Below, in pieces: positions 37,855 through 48,806 of a DNA stretch of 64,000 bases (position 1 is its first letter; each line of letters begins with the position of its first letter). The translations under genes were made by a program, and so were the position numbers. Location of the stretch: positions 3,534,001-3,598,000 of the forward strand of contig OZ361256.1 in the NCBI GenBank assembly GCA_977018835.1, read 5' to 3'. The DNA comes from Minutocellus sp. GHC0000111 (lineage: Eukaryota). Under the pieces are notes generated by a model that was given only the letters and a program-made list of their open reading frames with translations, had not been told where the DNA came from and searched no databases.

Positions 37855-40800
37855 TTAGTTATCTTCAACAGAAGAATCATCTCGATACTCGTGATCCTCC
37901 ATGTCAAGGGCCGCCGTAATCTTTCTGGAGCGGCCCTTCTTTTTCTTCTTTTCCATGCTGCGGCTGGCCGAGTCGTCTATCATCTTGCAAGCGACGCCCT
38001 CGCAGTATCCGTGCTTGCAGTACGCCTTCTTCTGGTACTGGGGACAAGAGCAAAGGTGGCACATGTCCATCCTCCTTTCGTTCTCGGGAAGAAGAGTGAC
38101 GGCATGGAACGAGTCGAGGCGCTTCTTGAAGGCCTCGAACTTACTGGCCTTGGAACCAAGGGCTTGGAAGCTTGCTGCGGTTCCTACCTTCATAGCCTTC
38201 TCAAATAGAATGTAGTCCTTGAGGGCGGCGTCACGGTACACTGTCATCTTGCCTTTGACACGTTGCACGTCGGTGCCGGTGCCGGTGCCCGTCTCTTCTT
38301 TTTCTAGTTCCTCTATTGCCTTTTTTTCCATCTTGTCATGGATATTGTTGATGGATAGTACGCTGTAATGTAAAAATAAATAAGAGAAGAAAACAACAGT
38401 GCGGGCTTTGATGAGAGATTTGATTTGCCATGATGCAGAAAGCAACAGAACAATCACACATGTACCGACCAGAACTTACTGGTGCCTCCTATCGTCAAGT
38501 GCATTATTCCATATTTCCTTCTGTCCTTATCGCGGTAATCAAGGCAAGCCTTGACTACTTTGGATGGTAGGGGCTTGCGTGTGCTTGGGGTCGCCACGCC
38601 ACCATTTGTGTGCGCGTTCGAGGCTCTCTTCGAGTAATGACGGAGCTGCTCCTTCATAAATTTAATGAAGTTGCGGACGTCCTTTCGCTGATAGTCTGCT
38701 GCTTGTTTGAGCCAACGATTCCGACTTCCAAGGCCATTGTTGGCGGCAGCATATCCAGGAGGATGATGGGCACGAGACCAGCGGCGGGTAGATCCCCCCC
38801 CAGTACTTCTTGACGTACTCGACAAACTCCGATTCGCCCCTCTCGGTCCATTTCTCGTAGAACAAACTCAGGAAGTACTCGAATGCATCTTCACACGGAT
38901 GGGGGACGCAGTGAAGGGCCCGGAGATCCCGCAGAATCTCTCCATAGTTGTCCTTGGTTTTCAGTTTGCTTCTGTTCTCGCGAGCACCCTTCATCATGTG
39001 AAAGAAGCACATGAGAAACCGCACCGTTCGGCGAGTGGGAGCATCTTCGTCTCCATCTCCAGCATCATCTCCAGCATCACATGCGTCGGCCGCGGTCATG
39101 TTGGTCATCGAACACACCAAAACATTCTGCAGGACAGCAAGAAGACAGAGCGGCGAGATGAAAGTGAGACATCAGCAATGAGATGGCACAAACGTTCAGT
39201 GGCTTAATCGCCAAGTGCAGCTTACCAGAGCCTCGCCTTCCGTGTCAAGTGATTCGGCCACAATTTCAATGTTTGCAAGGGGATGGTCATTGAGATGAGA
39301 AGCCTTTGTCGCACACTCGTCGTCATAGTCACCAAACACAAATTCAAATTCGACTCCGCCGTCTTCACTGCCATCATCGTCCTGGTCGCCGTCGCCGTCG
39401 TCACTGTCACTGTCCTGGTCGTAATCGCCATGAAGGTAACCACCGGTGCTGCTGGTCTCGGTCAAACCGGCAGAAGTAGCTTCGTCATCATCGCAATTGT
39501 TCTGCAGGCCATCTCCGTGGTGATTCCCAGCCTCGCCACTTTTCCTCCTTGATTTCTTGGAAGCAACGACGCCGCCCGCACGGCGCTTACCAGTAGGAGT
39601 TCGACGCTTACCAGTAGGAGCAGGATTACCAGTACGAGTAGGAGTTCGACGCTTACCAGCAGAATTAGTTCGACGCTTACCAGCAGGATTAGTTCGACGC
39701 TTCACGGCCACATCCATGCCGTTCCGAATTGCGGGGGCGGCATCTGCCATGAGGTGCATCTCCTTGGGCACAGTAGGGGCAGATTTCTCCTGGGCCTCAA
39801 CCACGTACTGAAAATCCTTAGCTAACGGTTATTATTAGAAGCATGTAATAAGTAAAGAAGTGGCATGGTGAGATCTACATGTAGACACACAGATAAAGAA
39901 TAAAGAAGAATCCGCAGTAATAAAGCACCGACCTTGCTCCGTTGCCGTCAGAGACAAGATACTGGGGTGGTAAACCCTGTTGGCATCATCTACTCCCATG
40001 ACGATGACTGGGTGCCCGGATTTCAGGAGCTTGTACGTGCCATCGACGTTTCGGCGGATGGTTACCGAAAAAAACTTGAGCAGCCTTTTGGTTGACATGA
40101 CAATGTTGAAGTCGTCCGGGGAGATGATTTGGTAGGATATCACATGTGGTTCATCCTCATCCTGTGGTACCGAGGACATCTCTTGACAAAGACCCCTGAT
40201 TACGCCCACTGTGTTTCGCTCATATTCGCTTTCTCGGTGATAGTTCTTCTTGTACGTTTGAATCTGCTCAAGGGACGGGAAGCTGCCATCGGAGAAGCAA
40301 AGGTTAAGAGACGGGTCAGACTCATTGACTATGGATCGATGAATATCTTGAGGGCTGGACCCTTTCGCAAATAAATTTTTGCAATAGTCCTTCTGCTGCG
40401 TAGTCAAACCTTCACGCTTGACACTAAAGTCGTGGCCCTGGATGCAGGATTCATGATGGGCATGGCGTATTTTCACTGTAACTTTAGCTATTCAAGAGAA
40501 GAGTAATAATTTGTTCGTTGGAGGTTCAAAAATCACACAACATGAGACTACAGGATCACATCAAAGATCACACCATGTATCAAATTGAAAAATAAATGGA
40601 ATGCACGCAATGAAACATGCAGCTGTACATGTACATGTACTTACGCTCCTCCTCCAGAGTTGCAGACACTTCGACCTGGAGATTGCATTTGTGGTGAGAG
40701 TATCCCTTGCAGCGCAGCAGGAAATATGCCTCCTTCAAGCCACTGGTGTGTCCACCTTTTGATTTCCGGAGGTTTGGAGGTCCATTCTTATTCAGCTGAG

Positions 40801-41553
40801 CACCAAGTTTGAGTTCAAGTATCTTCAAAATCTTTTCTCGCTCGCCGTCCGCAAACGCCATTTCTATTCTATCAACTTGGACTTGATGACCATCCAAACC
40901 TCCTTCTAAAACTTTCCATTGGGTACCACCTTCGATGCGAGGTCCAGGCCGAAACGCCGGTACCGGTAAATCCTGCTTTCGATGATGGGCGATTGCTACG
41001 GGTGCCGGTTCTGACTTGGTGGCCGCCGTAGCCATAGCCGTAGCACTAGGACGAACAAACATGTCGGCCAGAGTTAGTCCATCCTGCCAGGTACCACCAC
41101 GCTCAATGTACCCCAACACTGCAGTGAACCGATTTTTTACATCAAAGGACGGGAGCATGTCCAGGACACCGTGCGGACAGCTTGGTTGACATCCAGGTGA
41201 GCATGGCCGACCAATTCGCCATACGACGGAAACATGACCAACAGTTTATCACGCACTTTATCGTCTGCCACTGCCACTAAAGACAAAAATCCCATAAGAC
41301 GGGGATCGACGGTTGGTCTGGGCGGAACCGATTCCACGGGGATATCTTCCGGTAGCGAAACCGCAATAGCGGCGGCAGTTGCAAGTGGATCGACATTACC
41401 CTCCAGATCCAAAGTGGCACCAACTTTGATCGCCGATACAAGCGCATGAGCAGACGCCACGACCTCATCGGAGCCAGGAATTCCATCGGAGTTGCCGATT
41501 TTGCTTTCCATTGCACGGCGGCGGTATTCGTTTCGAAGGGCGGGCGGAGACAA
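37855..41553 (-). pseudogene. MULE/Mutator DDE transposase with WRKY/FAR1-like and SWIM zinc fingers; multi-exon, disrupted
   Basis: YFLLRCKGYSHHKC..HAH; NVDGTYKL (D1); MADAAPAIRNG (D2); MCFFHM (CxxH); ANNGLGSRN (expected E replaced by G); CSCPQYQKKAYCKH (SWIM); frameshifts near 41150 and at C8 38794-38801. Confidence 0.88.
39581..39702. repeat. 21-24 bp minisatellite in the transposase encoding (P/S)(A/T)GKRR
   Basis: Repeated gttcgacgcttaccag units. Confidence 0.85.
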
Positions 41554-42061
41554 TCAAAGTAACGACCGCAACGAGAGTTGGCTCGGCAGATACGACGTTG
41601 CCAGTATTATGCCGACGCGGTGCCCACCGCTGATTCGATATTGTTGGGTCGGCAACGACCGGCAACGTCAACGGCATACATGTCCCTGACAACATCATCA
41701 CCTTGATCGCGATAAAGAGAGGAAAGCGGCAAGCTTTACTGAAGCCAAAGAGGGACGCATGAATGATGTGCTCTTTTTGGGCCGGTGGGCCGGTGGGCTG
41801 TCTCGCGTCCCAGCAGCACCCTTGGACCCGTTCGACCGTATTGCCCTTCCTTCCACGTGTCGACCATCTGTGGACTCTTGTGATAATTGAGATTTTCTTG
41901 GTGAAAATTGAAGCATATATCCTTGATCAGTGGAGCGAGTTCAGTTGTAGAAATTTCTACATTTTTACAACGAACAAAACTCTTGTACTCTTCGTCAAAG
42001 GTAGGAACCGGCAATCACAGTAAGGTAATATTGTTACATCGTTACTTGGTCAAATACTGAT

Positions 42062-42829
42062 ATGTCTCTCTCCAGTGCATCGTCGGAAATTGCTCGGGCT
42101 GTTTCGTACTCTGACGACGAGGAGACCAACAGTAGCAAAGTAGCCATCGCTGCCAAAAAGCCCTCGTACATCGAACTGGAATGCATGTCGACCTTTTACA
42201 AGGAAAAATACCACGAGGCAAAATCGTTGCTCCATAACATTGCGGTATCGAAGGGTTGTGTTGCATCAGGAAAGCTTGTGGTCGATCCATCAGCTTTGAC
42301 GAGTAGCAATGTTGTTGCCCCCCAGTTAAGGAGTGCCCTCAATAAATGGAAGACCAAAATGGATCTAAAACGTCGGGCCGAAGAGGGCGACACCAAGGCG
42401 ATCATTGCTATAGGTAGATTTTACGAATTCGGGAACAAGTCGTTCGGCTTCCCAATCGATCATGCCCTCGCCTTTGCCAACTACCAGCATGCTGCGGATT
42501 GTGGCGATCCGGAAAGCACCGTTGAGGCTGGAAATTGCCATGTCCTGGGTTTCGGCACACGCCGAGATGTTCCCCGTGGGCTCAGCATGTTGTTTTGGGC
42601 TTCAGGCAGGTGCAATTCTGCAGCTGCTGCTCGTAGTCTTGGTAACTATTACAAATCTGTTCGACATCTTGGTCCTGAGGGGCTCAACACCGAGCGAGCT
42701 ATGGAGTGGTACGAAAAGGCTCTCGATCGGACCTGCACCATGCCACTTCATGAAACTGATCGGTCACATGTCAAGGATGACAAGTTGCGCTTGGAGATCG
42801 AGTTATTCGTTGATATGGAGGACTTGTAA
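42062..42829 (+). CDS. Sel1-like repeat protein
   Basis: AEEGDTKAIIAIGRFYEFG, YQHAADCGD, GFGTRRDVPRG, SLGNYY..RAMEWYEKA. Confidence 0.8.
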   Translation: MSLSSASSEIARAVSYSDDEETNSSKVAIAAKKPSYIELECMSTFYKEKYHEAKSLLHNIAVSKGCVASGKLVVDPSALTSSNVVAPQLRSALNKWKTKMDLKRRAEEGDTKAIIAIGRFYEFGNKSFGFPIDHALAFANYQHAADCGDPESTVEAGNCHVLGFGTRRDVPRGLSMLFWASGRCNSAAAARSLGNYYKSVRHLGPEGLNTERAMEWYEKALDRTCTMPLHETDRSHVKDDKLRLEIELFVDMEDL

Positions 42830-42934
42830 GTTATTCAGCCTAACCTTGAAGCTAGCAAGACTAGCTACGTACGTGTTTCTTTGTGGTACCGGTAATTTGG
42901 AGTGCTATCCAGAGTAGTTCTGTTGGATAAATGA

Positions 42935-45252
42935 GGCACGTGCATGACAATTTTCTACATAGACGTTTGTCAGATCGACATAGGATTCCTAATCAGGCGA
43001 TGAGAAGTGAAGAAAGTAACAAGCAAAGCCAACCTGGTAAATTATGTGATAGCAATATTCCTCTGTTACTTTTCATTCAATTGTATGTAGATGACGGATG
43101 TGCCACACATGAATGTAGCTACGGTGCCTTGTTTCGTGTCATCTGTAGAAGATCTTTGTCTCCGCAATCTGCATCGTCAACGGACGCATCAAAGCAATCT
43201 TGCTACACATCTCCGAAATCCGAAAAAACAAACTGACGTGGCGACGACCATGTCTTTGCAACTTCCCATCAACTCCAATCCGAAACAACACGCGAAGAAT
43301 GAGCATGTGCGACCTGACGTGGCCTAGCTCTAGATGTCTGCCCTTCGACTGACGGGTCATTTTTGCAGACAACGTCACGAGGCAAGGACGTGGCAAAAAA
43401 TCCGACCAAAAAGCGAACTTACTCTTGTCTGACGTGGTGCTGCTTGGGCAATAGCGTCTACGTACCGGTAGTAGCTATTGGGTAGGCTATCAAGGCCTCG
43501 CTAGCTAGCGGCCTCGTTTGTCATTCTGACTTGATACAATGGGGCCGATGCTCAAAAGAATACAACACGTGCCACTTGTTCTGTGTTATGAAGACAACTA
43601 CGTAGCAAGGCCTACATGTGTATGTCACTGACCAGACTTTTGCAGACAACTCGACTGTCTTTTTCCTCACTCAATCCGAGCATGATTTGCGTCGAACACA
43701 GTCTGACGTGGCGATGAATTCCTTCACTGCACTTTTCCATTGCCGTATCGACACGGTTTTGACAAAAACAAGTCGCAGTCGAACCCAAACGAACAACATA
43801 ACACGAGCCATAAATTGACGTCACTGATGCTGCACAGCCGGTGAAGAGCGTGCGTCTTCGCGTTTCTTTTCACCGAAATCCGAGCGAACCACCGTTTGCC
43901 ATCAACGATAACTGACGTGGAGAATCCACGACTATGAATTTGAGTTCAATGCGAGCTTTGAGCCTGGCTGACGTACATAAGAATCTGACACAACTCCCCC
44001 AAACCGAATTCTTTGATTTTAATATGGAAATGATGAATCGAAAATGACCCAGGGCCGATGATTCCTTGTTCTTGACAGAGAAAGCGTTTTTTGTGGACGC
44101 TGAAAAGTCATCAATTGCGGAGAACCAAACCGAACCTTCTCCACTCTTTGACTCAGGCAAAGAATCCAAGGTGGGAGAAGCCAAACAAGGGTGAAAAACA
44201 ACGCACTCACAAAACAAACCACGAAAACAATTCCAATTTCCATCACACCACCATCACACCACCATGATCCACATCGATAACAACCATAGCAGCAGACGGA
44301 CCATCGAGCACCGGCCGTCACTCTCCGCGTCAGCATCGCTCCGCCGGCTATTTGCTCAGCCCCAACCGGCATCATCGCCATACACACCGGGTTCGGTCAT
44401 GGTCCTCACCCAGAATATAGGCCTCAAACTCGATGAACAAGAACAAAACAGTAAGGGAGAAAGAATTTCCATGCACATCCAATCCTTCTTCAAGAACCTC
44501 TCCGACACATCTTCAAGAGGAGATCGACGAACAATCTGACAACTCCGAAACCGATCAGGAGGTAAAAGATCGCAATCCCACATCATCCATCAACAAGCAA
44601 GATCGTCGATCGGAGGAAGAATTTTCCGGCTACCTATACGAAGAGTTCACGGAAGAACTGAAAGACCACTCCACCATGAAGAAAGACAAGGATAGTTTTT
44701 ACGATTCCACTTCCACCAAGGTTCGACGGCCGCTTCGTCGAAGTTGACGGCCTTATCCAGTACGACCCGGAATGGGAAGAGAGACAACTGGCCAAACAAA
44801 AGAGGAGGCGACGACGACGCGCCAGCGCATGGGGCCAGAACATGGTTGTGAACAAGGCAGCATAGCAGGGACAGGTGTACATTACAAAAATACTGTAAAT
44901 ATACATATCATACTAGTACGTGTTCTCGCTCAAAGAGCTTGCAGTTACTACATGTACTACAAATATACTACTAGAGCTAGCCATAGCCAATTGTATGGCA
45001 AATATGTTGGCATATGGGCCTAGCTATCCTAGCTGCGATACAATGGGTTTCGGTATATGGCCCAATTTGGTGGTGGTATGTGCATGCATGTAATGGCATT
45101 CTTTGATGATTTGTAATATGTAGAATGTCACTAGCTAGTAGGCGAGTTAGGTATTTGTATGACAATTTTCTACATAGACGTTTATCAGATCGACATAATC
45201 AGGCGATGGCACGTGAAGACAGTAGAACAAGCAAAGACAGCCCGCAAATAAT
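42935..45252. repeat. ~100-bp imperfect direct repeats (~42935-43040 and ~45150-45252) flanking a 2.1-kb segment
   Basis: tgacaattttctacatagacgttt(g/a)tcagatcgacata..atcaggcgatg..gtgaaga..aagcaaag present in both copies. Confidence 0.85.
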
Positions 45253-45633
45253 TACTCATAGCGCCGTTCAAGTCCACTTCTAAAACCTCTAAATTGCTCG
45301 TAGTGACCATACCTAGGTACATGTATTCTCGACTCGAGTGTCGTGCCGAAAATCAGTGCACATCCTCAAACGTCGCATACGGGTTAGCTGCGGCGCATGG
45401 GGGGACACAGGAAAGTACCGGTACCACACTGACCAGGTGGTAGTATGAGCAAGGTCTAAGGAAACAAATAGTACTTTTGGTACGTTCAGCGAGAACTGTG
45501 GTCGAATTGCGAATGCCGAACTACACGAATAATTTTGGGCTGAAGGATACTTATATTACCATCACTTGCTACTACGACGTACCTAGCTAGGTAACATGAT
45601 GAGGGTGAAATACATGTATTCAATCGACGACAT

Positions 45634-46698
45634 TCACTCTTCCTTCTTCACAACGACCTTCTTACGTTTCTTCTTATCGGGTTGCTCAACACCTGCGCCA
45701 TCTCCTTCCGTCTTGACACGGACGTTGCCGCGCTTGGAGGCACTCTCGTCATCCCTCTCCAATTTCACTGCGGCCGTCGCCTTTTTGGTAGCAGCTGCCA
45801 CAACTGCTTGCATATTGCTAGCCATGGTAGACTTTGCCAGCGGACAATCCAGCTTGGTGCCATCCTTGGGAGGGAATTGAGGCTTACCATTGGCGGCACA
45901 GGCGTGGCAGTGCTTGCCGTGCGTCACCAGCAGGCAGTGTAAATCAAGCTTTACCTCAGGCGGGACCGTTGCATTGAGGTGGTCGTAGGCACTTTCCCTG
46001 GTCGAAGACGATGGTACCCATCCCAGCTTCTGAGAAATGCGCAGCACATGAGTGTCGACCGGGAATTCCGGTCGACCCATTGCAAAGAGAAGGACGCAGG
46101 AGATTGTTTTGGGGCCCAAGCCTTTGAATCTGGACAGCTCGAGCTTGACCTCCTCATCGGACAAGTCTCGTAGATAGTCGAGAGATGGAACGCCTCGTTC
46201 CTCGCGGACCTGAACAAGCATCTTGTGCATCCGCTCGGCCCGTGTCTTGGCCAGCCCAGCCACCTTGATGACAGCTTCCACCTTTCCAAGATTGTTTGGA
46301 TCGCAAACGGCCTCCCAGTCGGGAAAGGCCTCCTTCAGCTGGGCCCATGCCTGCTTGGAGTTCTTGTCCGTCGTATTTTGGCTGAGCATGGTGCTAATGA
46401 CAGAGTCCGTGATTGAATCTCGAAGGCCGCAGCTCTCCAGCAGCGTCTTCCTCCGTTCCTCGTTCTTGTCGACCACATGAGGATGGAGCTTGGCGAGCGA
46501 CACAGTCGCATAGATGCACTCCTCTGCGGTTGGTCGGATGGCAATGCTGCCTGCGGTTGAGCTGACCTCATCCGATTTCCGTCTCTTTGTAGTGGGCTCC
46601 TTCTTGACCTTGGCGGCAGTCCGAGCCGACGACGACTTTGTCGGCTCCTTCTTGACCTTGGTCGTTCTCTTGCTACCTCGTGCCATTGTTGGTTGCAT
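45634..46698 (-). CDS. HhH-GPD DNA glycosylase (endonuclease III superfamily)
   Basis: MLSQNTTDKNS, GLAKTRA, HhH KGLGPKTISCV, FPVDTHVLRI, HGKHCHAC..CPL; basic N- and C-termini. Confidence 0.92.
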   Translation of the reverse strand: MQPTMARGSKRTTKVKKEPTKSSSARTAAKVKKEPTTKRRKSDEVSSTAGSIAIRPTAEECIYATVSLAKLHPHVVDKNEERRKTLLESCGLRDSITDSVISTMLSQNTTDKNSKQAWAQLKEAFPDWEAVCDPNNLGKVEAVIKVAGLAKTRAERMHKMLVQVREERGVPSLDYLRDLSDEEVKLELSRFKGLGPKTISCVLLFAMGRPEFPVDTHVLRISQKLGWVPSSSTRESAYDHLNATVPPEVKLDLHCLLVTHGKHCHACAANGKPQFPPKDGTKLDCPLAKSTMASNMQAVVAAATKKATAAVKLERDDESASKRGNVRVKTEGDGAGVEQPDKKKRKKVVVKKEE

Positions 46699-47065
46699 GC
46701 AGCGGCGTTAGTACCGTAGTATGGAATGGATAGAGGCACACGTAGATGATAGATAGTAGCGGCCTTCTTCATCATTGCGGCCAACGCAGAATGAGAGTTT
46801 CCGTTGAACGACCGATTCATTCGACTAATAAAAAATACGGTGCTTGTTATGCAGTTGTGTCGTTTTTTTCAGCCGCAGACAATTGCCGCAGATGAAGCAT
46901 ATTTTAAGATTGACCAATTGAGGTTCATGATTGAGGATCGATCAAAGGGCAACAAAATATTTGCCGGGTTGCAAGAAGATACGTTGGCTGTGCGTGGTTG
47001 AGACCATTCTTGCCCATATGTCTGGGAGTCGTTGAAAGTAGCGGCACTATCGGTGAACGATCGCA

Positions 47066-48712
47066 ATGTCGTCCCTTCCACTCGTGCGACGGCACCAGGA
47101 TACGGCCTCTGCTACTGCCGCTTCCGCTTCTGATGAGAAGCCTGCGAAGATTACGAAACGGGGAATCATGGAGGCTCTGATCAGCGTAAGGGGCGCTGCT
47201 GCCTCCTCTGCGTCTGCCTCCGTCTCTGCGCCTGCATCTACCACGGCTGTGTCGAGAACGCGGAACTTTCTGGCGGCTCTCACAATTGCCTCTCTCGGCA
47301 GCACGATTTTATCGACCACATTCAACCTGTTCAACGTGGAGACGTTCCTTACTGCGTACGAATTGCCGCTTTCGTCCTATGCGTTCGGAACCTTCATATA
47401 TACCATCATTGACGTGATCAATGATATCGGTGGAGCCTACTTTGTCGACGCCTACGCCATGCGTTCGTCGCGTGGTGCCATCGGGAAGAGTGGGTGCTTG
47501 CTGGCGTTGTGCTTTCTGGCACCCTTCTTCCGAGGTGGACGGCGAATCAAGGACTCGCCCTTCCTGGCCACTTCTCACTTTATCATTTCCGTTAGCAGCT
47601 ATGACACGCTCTTTACTTTTCTGAGCATGCTCATCGGCAGCTACTTCACCGACAATGCCCACACGCTGTCGGAAAGTACGAGGATCAACTTTACGGCAAG
47701 CGGGAAGATTGTGAATCTCATCGGCTCTTTCGTAGTCGGCAGAGTCGGTCTGGAGCTGTTTGATACGGATGACATGACAAGCTTCCGGGTGCACGTATTA
47801 ATCCTGAGTGGTATTGCCTGTGTATTATTTGTGCTGGCCCAGAGATTAATGTACAGGGCGGCTGACAAAAACCATGATAAAGAGAAGGGTGGTGGCAGAT
47901 CAAAAATGAATCTAAGGAGACTCATTGCGGAATTGTGTCGATCTGAAAATTTCCTGAGCTTCATCGGGATGGAAGCTCTACTCGAAGCGGAGGTGACATT
48001 CTCCGAAAGTTTTGGTAAGGTGTTCTTCGACCGCCTTTTGGTTGATCTGACGGAGGAAACAGCCGACAACATCCTCGCTGCAATATCTCCAGCATCGCAA
48101 GTACTTTCCATCATGCTCTTTATGCCGATTCGAAGGATTGGGTACAGACAAATATTTGTGTATTTGTTTCAAGGGAAGATTATCGTATCGGCAATCGTTC
48201 TACTAGCGTTTGATTCATCTTCGACGACAATCCTCACCATGTTCTTGGTTGTCAATCAGATTGCAACAGCAGCGGTTCAGACCTCGTGTTTTTATCTTTG
48301 CATGGCCGATTTGACCATGTTTCTGAATTACAAGCAAGCAAAGCAAGGGCACATGGATGATTCCTTTGCGGGACTCATATTTGGTATCAACGCTGTCTTT
48401 TGCAAACCAGTCATTGGCCTCATACCAATTGTCGCGGCATGGAGCCTAGCGAGGGTGGGATTCAATACTGGAACGCATGAGAGATTCTTTAAGATTTACA
48501 AAGACACGCCTGACGAAGTGGAAGTACGTCAAGTGCTTTTCTACTTGCTTGTCATTCCACCTCTGGTTCTGTCTTCGATCCAGCTTCTTATCTGGCGATA
48601 TTATAGCCTTGCCTCGGCACGTGCGGAAGAAGTGAGATTGGAACTGAAGCGTCTGAGAGCATCGGAGGATGACCAACGTCACATTGGGAATGGCGGCGCG
48701 GTTAGTCCATAA
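47066..48712 (+). CDS. MFS-type multi-pass membrane protein, TMEM180/MFSD13A-like
   Basis: About 11-12 hydrophobic segments; IDVINDIGG, YDTLFT, FGINAVFCKP, QLLIWRYYSL. Confidence 0.75.
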   Translation: MSSLPLVRRHQDTASATAASASDEKPAKITKRGIMEALISVRGAAASSASASVSAPASTTAVSRTRNFLAALTIASLGSTILSTTFNLFNVETFLTAYELPLSSYAFGTFIYTIIDVINDIGGAYFVDAYAMRSSRGAIGKSGCLLALCFLAPFFRGGRRIKDSPFLATSHFIISVSSYDTLFTFLSMLIGSYFTDNAHTLSESTRINFTASGKIVNLIGSFVVGRVGLELFDTDDMTSFRVHVLILSGIACVLFVLAQRLMYRAADKNHDKEKGGGRSKMNLRRLIAELCRSENFLSFIGMEALLEAEVTFSESFGKVFFDRLLVDLTEETADNILAAISPASQVLSIMLFMPIRRIGYRQIFVYLFQGKIIVSAIVLLAFDSSSTTILTMFLVVNQIATAAVQTSCFYLCMADLTMFLNYKQAKQGHMDDSFAGLIFGINAVFCKPVIGLIPIVAAWSLARVGFNTGTHERFFKIYKDTPDEVEVRQVLFYLLVIPPLVLSSIQLLIWRYYSLASARAEEVRLELKRLRASEDDQRHIGNGGAVSP

Positions 48713-48806
48713 TGATCCATTTCAATAAATGTTTGTTTGGAATACTTGCACATACATGTACATGTACATCTGTCTATATAATTTTAAAGTTCTTCGAAGA
48801 ATTCAT

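Larger units (their letters stand above)
34290..42005. mobile_element. Mutator-like (MULE) DNA transposon with degenerate TIRs and cargo genes
   Basis: Contains a MULE transposase; reverse complement of ~34290-34515 aligns by eye, in order, with ~41785-42005 (ggctgtc..ccacgtg..gact..tgtga..tatat..tgatca..gtactctt); no TSD identified, ends approximate. Confidence 0.6.

Noticed and set aside
42062..42829. Sel1 gene as MULE cargo
   Set aside because: Lies just outside the inferred right TIR
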